Origin: Balanoglossus misakiensis
Taxonomy: Eukaryota; Animalia; Hemichordata
Direction: 5' to 3'
Assembly: GCA_040954595.2 (NCBI GenBank)
Contig: CM082578.2
Coordinates: 2,400,831 to 2,464,830 of the forward strand
DNA length: 64,000 nucleotides
In this document: in pieces, positions 52,763-64,000 of the stretch
Layout of the letters: every line of letters begins with the position of its first letter
How positions within the stretch are numbered: position 1 is the first letter of the stretch
Notes under the pieces: model-generated
What the model saw: only the letters and a program-made list of their open reading frames with translations
Databases searched by the model: none
Told to the model about the DNA's origin: nothing
Position numbers and translations under genes: made by a program

Positions 52763-55700
52763 TTAAATCATTCCTCAGTTTATTCAGGTATGACGAGGTT
52801 TTGTTACGACTATACCATATGCAGCCTGCTTTTGATATTCTACTTTTTTTGGGGGCCTTCTTTAAGTGTCGATCCAAATCAGAAAAATCTGTTTCTGACC
52901 TTACATTTGTTAAAGGTGCACTGGCTACCTCTAGTTTTTGATTTTGTGACGGTTGGCTCTCAATACCCCCTGGGAGCTGATTACAAAGTTGTCAATTGAC
53001 CACAGGCAGCATAGCTGTACACATAGTTTGTAACGCATCCAGTGTCAATGAATCAAATTCAGGGGAACAACGATCAAACAACCGAGTGTATATTTTGTCT
53101 TTTTTTACCGTACTATCAGATATATATATTTTTTCATCCAGCAAGGGCCTGGCATCAATTGCATTATCACCTAGACAGGTCTTAAGCTCCAACCAATGTA
53201 CGTTCATGTCATAGTAATTACAATCACTCTCAAGCAAACGCATCAATGGACCTGTAATTAGTTTGGATATAATACCCAGGGCCCTACACTCAGAAAGAAT
53301 AACTGGCTCAGCGATTACAGCTTGAATGCGACTGATAAGTTTGTTTGTGGATTCACACCTTCCTGAATGTAAAACATCTGATATATGGTTAACCGTTTGC
53401 ATGGTAATACACAGCACCTCCCTGATAAAATGCTACATTAAATCTATTATGCTCAAATTTTATCAGACTGCTTTTTTCTTTAAGAACATCTTCAAGGTAA
53501 GGCCAGAAGTCTGTATAAACACCAGACTTTTGACAACCTTCCTCAGTAAAACCTTTACCAGCTTGGTACAAAAGGTCAAAACACAATGACTGATTTGTTT
53601 TGTAATGCCCTGCCCCGGACTCTTTCAATAGATTGATCTGATCTTTCTTATCATTTTCAAATTCTTTACATGATGATGAGGCAGCACTGGCCATATTGAC
53701 CAATACATGCATTCCACACAATAGGTGGTTGACCGATTTCATTTTGGCCTTTTCACCTTCATTAAAACTATCCCAATTATCTTCAATAACTGGTAGTAAA
53801 TTCTCTCTGACTTCCTCAAGTTTAGATTTATACTTTCTATTAACAATATGTCTGTCCATCATTATGTTTTTGCTTTTCAGTAGTAGCTGTGCATAGACTT
53901 TTTGTTTTTCTTCATCATGTTCTCCTAGAGATTCACTGAGTTCATGAAATGTTTCAAGGGTGGCCTTGAGATAATCGTCTGCACTACCCCTGAGAAGCTC
54001 TTGAAAACCTAATGACAGAGATGACTTATTTGGCAATGACACTTGCAACCCCGCATAATCTACAAACTTCATGCGGGTTCCGTCACTATGTAATGTATTG
54101 GGCTCATCACATTCTAAAATAGTGGCAGCTGCTTGTGCCTGTGCTAACACAAGCGCTTCAACCTGGAGCATAGATGTCAAAGATTTGCTCGGCAGTCTGC
54201 CCACATCAATATTTAAAAGATTTTTTAAGACAGACTTCACAATTTGTGTGCACCTTTCCACAGAAACATTATGAGCTAACAGGTCATAATGCACCTGCCT
54301 GATATTGTCAGTGTACCTTCCATGCTGAAATGTCACAATGTTCTCATCTCTCATTAAGTCATTTACTTTTTCTTCCAATTCTAAGTTTTCATTTTCCAAT
54401 TGGCTAATGCGTTGACTATCCACTTCATCAAACTCCATGCTGCTGTTTCTATATACTTCTGCTTTTCTTTTCCAGTAACTCTTATTTTTTTGGAGATTTT
54501 TTTTCTCCTTCACAATCCTGTCTAATTCATGTTGAAGCCTTTGTCTCTCAGTGTTCAAATCATCCACTTGTTCAACAAAGTCTTGTATGGTTTCTTTCTG
54601 TTCCTGAACTTTCTTATTAAGGGCTTCAATTTTCTTCTCTCGTTGTTTCATTTTCTTATTGACATTCCTAGGAGTCAGAGTCGACAGTATCAGTTTCACT
54701 GTGTTTATTTCAGTTAATTTCTGTTTATACTTTGTGTGTAAGCTGTCCATTTTATTAACCTTCTCTACCATTTCAAACTTCTCTTCTGTTAGATCATCCA
54801 TGGCCAGTGTTAGATCACTGATTTCTGCATATGCATTAGTTAAGTTACTTGTCAACATCGAGAGCATCTGATCATATGCATTAAGATTGGCTGCTTGTAC
54901 ATATTCTGTCGAACTCGAAGTATGGGCAGTTGTTGGCTTCTTCACTGAGCTAGGCAATTTGTATATTTGTTCTTTGAACATCTGCAACTGTTCTGTCTGC
55001 TTAGATACTTGGAGTTTGTAATATTTATCATACATCCGATTCCACTGATTTGCCAGTATATCTAGTTTAGGGTCCACATCAGGAGCCATCAAGACGTTCT
55101 TCCATGACACAGCAAATTGCCATGGCAACTGGCTTCTTACAATAAAAGCTCGCAACTCTGAGATGTGCTGAACTTGAAGAGTTACAGGACTGTCTGTCAT
55201 GTCTGGAAACTCACATGTCCTCAAGTTATCTTCCGTTATCTGCAGAGTGCTGAATATTTCTGACAGCTCTTTCCTAGCTTTTCCTTTCATAGTCTCTTTC
55301 ATGTATTCTGCTTTTCTCCCTTCCTTAGTGGCTTTCTCTATTTTTCTTCTGACTGTCTTTGTAAAATTACTGATTTTTGCTGGTAATTCAATTTCTGGCT
55401 CAAATAAATGTACTAGAGCTGGTAAGGTTTCCTGAACATTAATCCCTGTATCTTGAAGGCAGGTGTGCAAGTTCATATAAAGTTCATTGGTTTAAAGGAA
55501 TATTATGAGCTGATAAATCTTCTAAGCTCTTCTTTCTAGCTAGAAGGTCTGCTATATTATTGAATACTCTTAATGCTACTTCCATAATGTTGCCTGTGCA
55601 AATTAACAATCAAAATATCCACTTGTAAGACATTTTTTTTGGTGAATTACCGAATAATAATTTTAATTCCATGCATACTCTATACCTAAGCTCAAGTTAA

Positions 55701-57928
55701 AATATATTAATTGAAATTATAATTATACACAGGTCTATGAAATGTAAAATCTAGGAACGAAAGAACACCCATGGGTATTCAGCTCTAAGCAGATAACAGC
55801 AGACACTTTGAAGACATGTCACTTCCCAGATTTGACTAAAACAAACTTACAACTCTGAAGTTTAACACATCTTTGAGTTGCATGCATATTATTATCATTA
55901 TACATGTACTGTTATACAATGTAGTTCTAAAGGTTCAAGTGAAAAAAATAAAGAAATGTAAAAGTGAAAATGGTGTTAAAAACGAAAAAAAAATCCATTT
56001 GATTGTGTGAATCCAAACTTTTATTTAAACATCAATGAATCAAGAAACTTGGTAGTGTTTGAACACTGTTCAGGAACTAGGTCAACTCATGCATGGACCA
56101 ACGATCAGCTGATCGAGTGACGACCAAACAATAACAGTCTACAAACACGAATTGACAAAACCCGACCACGAAGTAAATTTGATCCGAATACATTCTCCTG
56201 GCTTTTAGAGATTCGATAGTTTCAAAAAATAAAAATAACTGATAAAAAAAAACTCCCGAGATGGTTAAAACCGTGCCGTAGCGAAATGCGGAAGTAAGAT
56301 TACAGGCTGACCTTGATCAGTTGACCCCGGTAGTTTGTGTCGACAAAGGTAAATTCGCACATATGAGCAGAAAAACCCAAATAATGAGTAACCAACAAAT
56401 ATTACACCCATAGAGAGTTATTAAGAGTAGAAAACGGTAATTTCATCAAACATTGTGTCCGAAAATCGTAAACAGCAAATCAGGAGTGACTATGGGGGAA
56501 CAAAACCCGTTGTTAATATAAACAGCTATCCCCGCGCGATATTCCTTATCTCAGAATGGGACAAAAAAAACACATCCTGACTCAAATGAATGGCATAGAA
56601 GTGAAGAATTTTCTATATTTCTAATTTTGTCCATGTTTTTGAACGTAAAATGACGAGAGAGTCAACGTGACAGTTGCCGACACAAAAGTGGATCCTGTGC
56701 GGTGTGCAGTGAACAGAGACCGGCAGATTTCGCGCCAGTTAACCGTTCCGCAAATTCGTTCGGGGTGAGAAGGAATTTTCTCTCAAAAAGCCAGGTTGTA
56801 TCTCGTTTATAAATAGCAAAAATGTGCTCAAAAACAAGTAAAAATACTGAGCTAACTGAAAATCTCAACCACGAATGCATACCTACGATATATCGTCTAA
56901 TAAAACATTCCGGAAGACTTTGAGCTGAATTTATTTACATGTCGGCTATGTCATACCCTACATTTCACATATCATATTACAGCTTATTTTATTGGCTTTC
57001 GCCTTAAGCTATTTTAAAAGCTCTACACCTATTGGATACCTCCTGGCTTTTCCGTTTTTTAAAAACACCCCTGCCGTTTCTTTTGTGCCATGTATTGGTG
57101 CCGTCACGCACAGACGGACTCTAGCCACTTTCCCAGTGGGAGGAAAAAGACTTTAATGCACAACACCGACATATAACGTTTAGAAGCGGGAAGAAACGAA
57201 AGTTTACTCAATTTTTTGGCAATTTATTTTTATTTACGAGATCGAGAAAGTAAAATACCACGAACTTAAAAATCGATCAGATTACACAGTGTGCCCCGGT
57301 TCGTACGGCGGCCATATTGGATTCTGAACTCCCTATTTACAAGATGAAATCGGGCACATGTCAACCTCCTAATTTATGTAAATAATTATTCACTGCAAAA
57401 GACACAGGTGCCGGGCGTCTAGACACTTGTCTTTTTCCTGTCGATCAATCTGCAGCCGCTTTACGTTACCGGCACTACCACCCAAGTTTGACCATATGGC
57501 CAGGGCTTTGAAATAATAGGACTAGTTTCAAGTTGTGAATGTTTACGGTATTAATTTTCTCATGAATATTCACGCAACGTGAGTATTCACGCAACCTTGC
57601 CTGACCTTACATGTGTGAGAGCATGTGATGACAAAGACGCACTTGGACTAAACCACTATATGTCAGTAGATTTTGTTGATGGTTCAGCCAGCATACTGTA
57701 ATGCTGCTCGTAGTATTCACTTCGTTGACAACTTTTTATTTCTGGAATATTTATTAGACAATACATTGAACTGACTGTATTTGAATAGAAAATGTTAAAA
57801 CTTTACATATGAATTTGAAACAGCCATTCATTCACTGCGGACACCCCCTTAGGAGAACACTCATTGGAACGTCCCAAATCATTTGCATATGAATTAACAG
57901 GGTACAGTATATATATACAGGGCGACCC

Positions 57929-58572
57929 TTGCTGCAGTTTGCAGCCCCTCCATCTCCCCTGGACGATTTTTGGTTTTGCGGGGAGAGGGCGGGGCTGCAG
58001 GTCCCAGCCATTCTAAACCGCATAACGAGCGACCGGGATTAGGGCCCGGAGCGAACTTCTACACTCCAGACGTCTCCAGTCCACAATTTTCCACAACTTT
58101 TTCGCCAAATCGGCCCCGGAACCCATTCAGCGCTTACCTGGCAAAGGATGTCGCGGTATTTGTCGATTTTGCCTACGTTTTCCCCAGTTATTCAACTTCG
58201 ATCGGCAATGGGTTTCAAAACAGCCGCCATCTTGACTTGTATATTTCATGGGTCAAGTATACAAGTCAAGATGGCGGCTGTTTTGAAACCCATTGCCGAT
58301 CGAAGTTGAATAACTGGGGAAAACGTAGGCAAAATCGACAAATACCGCGACATCCTTTGCCAGGTAAGCGCTGAATGGGTTCCGGGGCCGATTTGGCGAA
58401 AAAATTGTGGAAAATTGTGGACTGGAGACGTCTGGAGTGTAGAAGTTCGCTCCGGGCCCTAATCCCGGTCGCTCGTTATGCGGTTTAGAATGGCTGGGAC
58501 CTGCAGCCCCGCCCTCTCCCCGCAAAACCAAAAATCGTCCAGGGGAGATGGAGGGGCTGCAAACTGCAGCAA
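57929..58572. mobile_element. Foldback element: 644-bp near-perfect palindrome with 10-bp TSD
   Basis: About 315-bp arms with a 14-nt loop (58244-58257). AGGGCGACCC at 57919-57928 and 58573-58582 occurs once in the sister MITE (62690-62699). Confidence 0.95.
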
Positions 58573-58726
58573 AGGGCGACCCATGAATAAGCGCCACCGG
58601 TTCTTGAAAGACTCATTTCTGCCTTTGTTTAGGCGCCACCAAAATTTGAAATGGTTAAAAAGTGGCGCTTATTTGTGAGAATATACGGTACTCTGAATAT
58701 TTGAAGAAACTTTACAAACCCCATAT

Positions 58727-59274
58727 GAATCATTACGTTACCACTCCATTAAAACTAAAACCCGAGTTAGCAGGCCTAACTCGGGTCTGAGGGGGTTGCC
58801 TTATCAGTGTCTGTGTAAACAAAACAATCACAGATTACGTTGTAGTAAAGTGCAAGGTCAAGATTAATTCCCCTGCTCAGACTGATTACCTTTACAGAGT
58901 ATTCATGGGCAGGATTATTTTGGTTTGAAATAAAATAGTAGATGCTTAAACTACTTGTAAAACACTAATATTATGCACTCTAAAACTGTTTGTGATAATA
59001 ATAATTTGTTGACGAATTCGTGGTTATGCTACTTATACCCAAATACATGCCGTGTGATACCCCATATGTGAGCGTAGTAATCTTACATCAAAAGTAGTCC
59101 CATGCTCAAAGTAATCTTGATTTAAATTTGGCATTTTATCAGCAAACACCTGATAGGAAGTCAGGTTTATGGGGGACTTAGCTTCCTTGTGTGTACATTA
59201 CCTGAGATAAAAAGGGGGGGGGGGGGGGGGGTTGGCTGCCTCTAGTTTTTAATGGAGTGGTAACGTAATGATTC
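58727..59274. mobile_element. MITE with ~30-bp TIRs
   Basis: GAATCATTACGTTACCACTCCATTAAAA and its reverse complement. Flanks are CCATAT and CCATCT. Confidence 0.75.
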
Positions 59275-61761
59275 CCATCTACATAAAATGGAGCAGCAAA
59301 CAGTTATATTGATGTTAGACCAGAGAAAAAAAATCTTGTTTATTGGATTTTTTGGCCCTAGTTCCAGGAGCGGCGAGCGAAAAAAAAATTTTAATTTTTT
59401 TTAGGCTGAAGGTAAACCGTGCTTCTCTGGCATATTTGTACAGATGCAGACATTGCGAGATAATTGCTTCCATTTTAACGAGAAATATCTCTGTTACATG
59501 TACTGTACTTGTAACTGAATTCAATACTATATTTCCCAACAATAACATATAGGCAATTACATATACAGTTGGTGTTTGCACAACAAATTCCAAGTATTTC
59601 AACAGGTTCTCAGAATAAAATGAAATGCACAGCAAATCACTGAAATCCAACAATTTAGTATTGTCCTTTAATATTGTCCTGGTGGGACCTCGCATTTGAA
59701 TGTTGTTCATTTTACTTTGGCCCCATCTCTAGGCCTCTTTACCACTGTCTCTACACTTTTTACAAAATGATCTAACAACACTGTACAGACTATCTCTCAC
59801 TGCACACACACTCTTCTGGTCGCATTAGCCATGTCTAATTTGTTCCAGTCTGCACCAAGTTCATCAAACAGCTGAATAATATCATTGTAATAGTTTGTGG
59901 AAACCATCTATTTTGTCAGGCAAACCGACTTCAGTAACAGTGGACATCATGATTAAAATCGCATTTTAAATGTGGCTGCCAGTATCAGATGGTGCTGTAC
60001 AGGCGGAAGTAGATGGAATGGCTTTGTGTGCATGTTGATTGTCAGAAGTAAACACATTGGAAACTACAAACTTCATGTTGAACTCGCTGCAGATTTGATA
60101 CCTCAGATCCTGCTATAACCTCAACACAACCATGTGTTTTGTCACTGTCATATATTTTTATACTTTCGATGCAATTTTCATTCAATCAAATGCACCATCA
60201 ATCTGCTGTGACGATCTTGTTAAAAAAATTACAGAATGAAACATCAGGACAAACACTGAATAGCGTCTTTCGAACAAATCTGTTTGTCGTCACATCGAAT
60301 GTTGGTGATCAACTTAATACTCATGATGTGACATGTACCAACATGTACTAATATAGAACGAGGAAATTTGTGCCCAAAGCTACCCACTTTGCGTTGTCAT
60401 TCGCCCAAATTCAGACATCAGAACAATGTGTTTGCGGTCAACTCAGTCCAAACATGTCGGAAGTCTAATTCAAAATCATGTGCTCGTGAAAACCTGAGAA
60501 AGTGTAGGGCGCCACCAAAGGCAGTACTAAGATAAGAATATTTGTAATGCAGAAGTAAGAATTTGCCACGATCCAAAACAATAAAAATTCCAAAACAGCC
60601 AAAGTAGAAGCAGCAATTCCATGAACAATTTATTTTTTTCTTCCTGGCCTTAAGTCTTATTATTTTTTTGTCTTTTTCCACATTATCAGTAAAAAATCTT
60701 CATTTCTGAAGTGATAGGCTGACTTCCTTGAAATTTAGTATGAAGCTTGTTACAGGTTGTCTGATTTACCATATTTTTTTTGTTTAAATTGTTGCAAAAC
60801 TGCATGTCAGAGTGCTTTGAAGTTTGAAATTTGTTAGGCGTGTTCCTAGAGGTAACCCCAAAAAGATGCTGTAAAACAATTTGCAATATTTGCATAATTG
60901 CAAGATTGGTAAAAAATTTGCAATTTTTGTCAAAAATTGTTTTCTCTGAAACCGCTTGTCACATTGCTATAAACTATGGCAGACATGTTCCTTGAGGTGA
61001 TTGAAGATATTGTACAATTATGGAGATATTTGCACATTTGTGTTTTTTTGCCACTTTTGAACATTCAAATATTGTTTTCTGTGAAACTGATTGTTGGATT
61101 GCTTTTCATAAATTTCTTTTTGGTTTATATCAAAACTTCTCCAAAACCAATTGTCTAGTTGCTTTGAAAGTTACTCTTTACAAGGAGTTGGTACCCCCAA
61201 CTTAGACATGTTTACATAACTTTAATAGGCCAGCTGTTACAGAGACCACCATCTATTAAATATTTTAAGAGTGAATGGCACGTCAGTGAGCGTCTCTGTC
61301 TGTCTGTGTGTCTGCCTGTCTGTTACAGGGCTGACTGAAAGAAGTTGGTCATTATATGTGTTTGTACAGACAATTTTTGGTCAAAAACAATTTCGCCAAT
61401 ATTTTTCCGGAGTCCACAGCTAGTTCAGAAAATAAAAACTTATTATTATACATCTAGTGCCGAGAACAATAGATTTTGGCGTGCAATAAAAAGCCGTACG
61501 GAACGGTACGTACGGAACGCGCGTTAAATAAGTTTTAGTTTTCAAGGTGCCCCAACTCACCGTGTACAGGTATGCGTTGTTATGCGGACGGTTTCAAGGC
61601 GCCCCCACCCCAACGCACGTGCGCACACGTAAACAAAAAACAAAGATGGCTACTGAGTCAACTGAGCGGTTTTCGATCGATTGTATCGGCATTTTTGGCG
61701 TTTTGAAAGCCAAGTAACATGCAACACAAGAACTAACGGAGATGTAAGATGTATAATAATA

Positions 61762-61876
61762 AGGTTATAACAAAAATACCGCAAAGTATGCACTCGGACA
61801 TTAGCGCTGCTACGCGTCGAGCGATACTTGGCGCTAATGTCCTCGTGCATACTTTGCGGTATTTTCGTTATAACCT
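61762..61876. repeat. Short palindromic element (~45-bp arms)
   Basis: AGGTTATAACAAAAATACCGCAAAGTATGCAC..GGACATTAGCGC mirrors GCGCTAATGTCC..GTGCATACTTTGCGGTATTTTCGTTATAACCT. Confidence 0.8.
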
Positions 61877-62405
61877 CATAATAATGTGTAGTGGAGATGT
61901 CAAAGTTTATTCAAAGCAAACTGATAATGTGGGGCATGCTCCAAAATCTGAACAGACACCGAGCAACTCAGGTTGTGTGTCAAGCTAACTCGTGTAACGC
62001 GACTTATATGCTGCTTATATTCATCATTGGAAACCACAGGCGTCAGAAAAAATGCTTTGTTAGTATTCCGTACTGTAAAGTAGCTAAAATCGAAAAATCA
62101 ACAGCTCAGATAATCTCCCCGTTTCACGTCATACGAGCGCTTACGCTATGTTCAGTCTTTGCCATATACCCTACTAACACATAAAGAGATCTCTTTATGT
62201 GATAGTGGGGTAATTTCTTGACAGGTCATATTAGTGGCTCGTTATTTATTCATGCTATGTATCTCTTGCTTTTTATTGCTCATCGCTGTTCGTTTTTGCT
62301 AATTACTTTCAAATTTGTATCTATCAATTTGTCATAGATGGCATGAGTCCGGTGATGGGTGGGAACTGCATGTGGTTATTTTTGGTCGTTATTGCTCCAT
62401 ATTAA

Positions 62406-63914
62406 AGGTACATGAGCTGCAACTGGATAAAAAATTCCACAATAAGATGGGGTCATAGCTTAAAGGTACAATTTTATGAGCTGCAACTGGATAAAAAAAT
62501 TAAAGTTTTAAATAATCTCATATATACTTTTAATTATGTCTATTAAATGATATTTCATGATGATATATCAAGCTCAACACTTACCGTATATTCTCACAAA
62601 TAAGCGCCACTTTTTAACCATTTCAAATTTTGGTGGCGCCTAAACAAAGGCAGAAATGAGTCTTTCAAGAACTGGTGGCGCTTTTTCATGGGTCGCCCTG
62701 TATATATATACTGTACCCTGTTAATTCATATGCAAATGATTTGGGACGTTCCAATGAGTGTTCTCCTAAGGGGGTGTCCGCAGTGAATGAATGGCTGTTT
62801 CAAATTCATATGTAAAGTTTTAACATTTTCTATTCAAATACAGTCAGTTCAATGAATTGTCTAATAAATATTCCAGAAATAAAAAGTTGTCAACGAAGTG
62901 AATACTACGAGCAGCATTACAGTATGCTGGCTGAACCATCAACAAAATCTACTGACGTATAGTGGTTTAGTCCAAGTGCGTCTTTGTCATCACATGCTCT
63001 CACACATGTAAGGTCAGGCAAGGTTGCCTGAATACTCACGTTGCGTGAATATTCATGAGAAAATTAATACCGCAAACATTCACAACTTGAAACTAGTCCT
63101 ATTATTTCAAAGCCCTGGCCATATGGTCAAACTTGGGTGGTAGTGCCGGTAACGTAAGCGGCTGCCGATCGATCAACAGGAAAAAGACAAGTGTCTAGAC
63201 GCCAGGCACCTGTGTCTTTTGCAGTGAATAATTATTTACATAAATTAGGAGGTTGACATGTGCCCGATTTCATCTTGTAAATAAATAGCACATCAGCCCA
63301 AAGCATGCATTGTCTGCTCAGGTCAATTATTATTCACGCAGCAAGCCCCCGTTGATTTTGACAAGATCCCTAAACCCTGGTAGTACTTGCCATGATTCAC
63401 GTATGTCCACACACCTCAAAAAAAAAAAAAATCCTGGCGCTTAATTTTAAGTAAAAAGTAGCAAAGTTAGGTATCACTGGCGCCTAATCATGGGTGGCGC
63501 TTAATTGCGAGAATATACGGTATTTATGGCAAAATGGCCAAAAATTTAAGAAAAACGAAAATTCCTGCAATTGTTAAAAAAAGTGCAATATTACAATGAA
63601 AAAGGAAAATATAATGTCACAGCAGTGTACATATACTTCCATGAGCTCAAGTGGATGAGATCATGTTTTGTTTATGAAGTTTCACAACCGGAAATGCAAC
63701 ATTTTCATTGTTACTTGCTTTTTCCCACGGTGACGGCCATATTTGCTTGCGGCAAAGCTTTATTATTTATCTGGTTAAAACTTGCATATGCACTCATATT
63801 TAGGGTTTATAATGCTTGTGTATAGTTCACTGCCTTCATCTGCATGGACTAATGGTAGTGCAGTTTGAAACAAAAATTATGATAATTATCCCAAAAGTTG
63901 CAGCTTATGTGCCT
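62406..63914. mobile_element. Kolobok-type MITE with duplicated left end, hosting the Tc2-like MITE
   Basis: TTAA|AGGTACATGAGCTGCAACT ... AGTTGCAGCTTATGTGCCT|TTAA. A second left end lies near 62464. Confidence 0.8.
62584..63520. mobile_element. Uninterrupted Tc2/pogo-like MITE (937 bp)
   Basis: TA|CCGTATATTCTC ... GAGAATATACGG|TA. Confidence 0.92.
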
Positions 63915-64000
63915 TTAATCATTCTATCTATTTCAAGTTCATTATTGGTCATTACTGTAGGTTCTGCCCATTACAAGTTTTAGAAACACCTGTGTTTTGT

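Larger units (their letters stand above)
43802..53893. repeat. Near-identical 5.04-kb tandem duplication (43802-48846 and 48847-53889)
   Basis: Identical ORF sets are offset by 5043-5045 bp. The junction carries TGCA microhomology at 48847-48850. Confidence 0.96.
41909..55585 (-). pseudogene. Large DDE transposase pseudogene (coiled-coil N-terminus, D..D..CxxH..E core, Tudor-like C-terminus), interrupted and partly duplicated
   Basis: ATG at 55585 with a frameshift near 55490. ORF 53389..55476 has SDGT, MDRH, CGMH and NRFN. Frameshift near 53390, then RALGIISKLITGP. Past a TGA at 52992 the frame continues QLCNQLPGG..PLTNVRSETDF. Removing the LINE joins ..KFGLCD to MHVAVAYEEQWFVG (41909..42184) in frame. 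Confidence 0.82.
40742..57335 (-). mobile_element. Formerly autonomous cut-and-paste DNA transposon, hATw-like, with 12-bp TIR and 7-bp TSD
   Basis: TAGGGAGTTCAG / CTGAACTCCCTA. TTTACAA is duplicated (40735-40741, 57336-57342) and occurs once at the empty site in the sister MITE (near 63275). It contains a DDE transposase pseudogene. Confidence 0.85.
40517..58688. mobile_element. Tc2/pogo-like MITE (TA TSD) split by two insertions
   Basis: TA|CCGTATATTCTC..TAAGCGCCAC TIRs. Pieces 40517-40741, 57336-57928 and 58573-58688 reassemble into the reverse complement of the uninterrupted copy at 62584-63520. Confidence 0.92.

Noticed and set aside
57832-58678. Mirror-image ORF pairs of 63-134 aa
   Set aside because: They are artefacts of the GC-rich palindrome.
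1-64000. tRNA, rRNA or prokaryotic/phage systems
   Set aside because: No such sequence was recognised, and the organisation is that of eukaryotic repeat-rich DNA.

Overview
AT-rich, repeat-dominated animal genomic DNA with GT-AG introns. The transposon spectrum suggests a marine invertebrate, but that is inference. No intact host gene, RNA gene or CRISPR array is visible. Main content from left to right: (1) a head-to-tail array of 1.4-1.7 kb units with Helentron/Helitron2-like 3' ends (1-5014); (2) a 5'-truncated RTEX-like LINE; (3) the last two exons of an NCF4/p40phox (PB1 domain) homologue on the minus strand, missed by the ORF track, with an in-frame stop in the penultimate exon; (4) many MITEs, including one whose TIR motif has expanded into a 34-bp satellite; (5) a large old inverted duplication centred near 28.0 kb, carrying a head-to-head pair of decayed exons, with a Tc1 and other elements inserted in the right arm; (6) an 87-bp tandem repeat behind a splice acceptor; (7) a nested complex at 40.5-58.7 kb, in which a Tc2/pogo-like MITE contains a foldback element and a hATw-like DNA transposon, and the transposon contains a full-length RTEX-like LINE, a TTAA-element fragment and a 5.04-kb tandem duplication. 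Alignments and identities were judged by eye. Superfamily names come from recalled motif and TSD conventions, not from searches.
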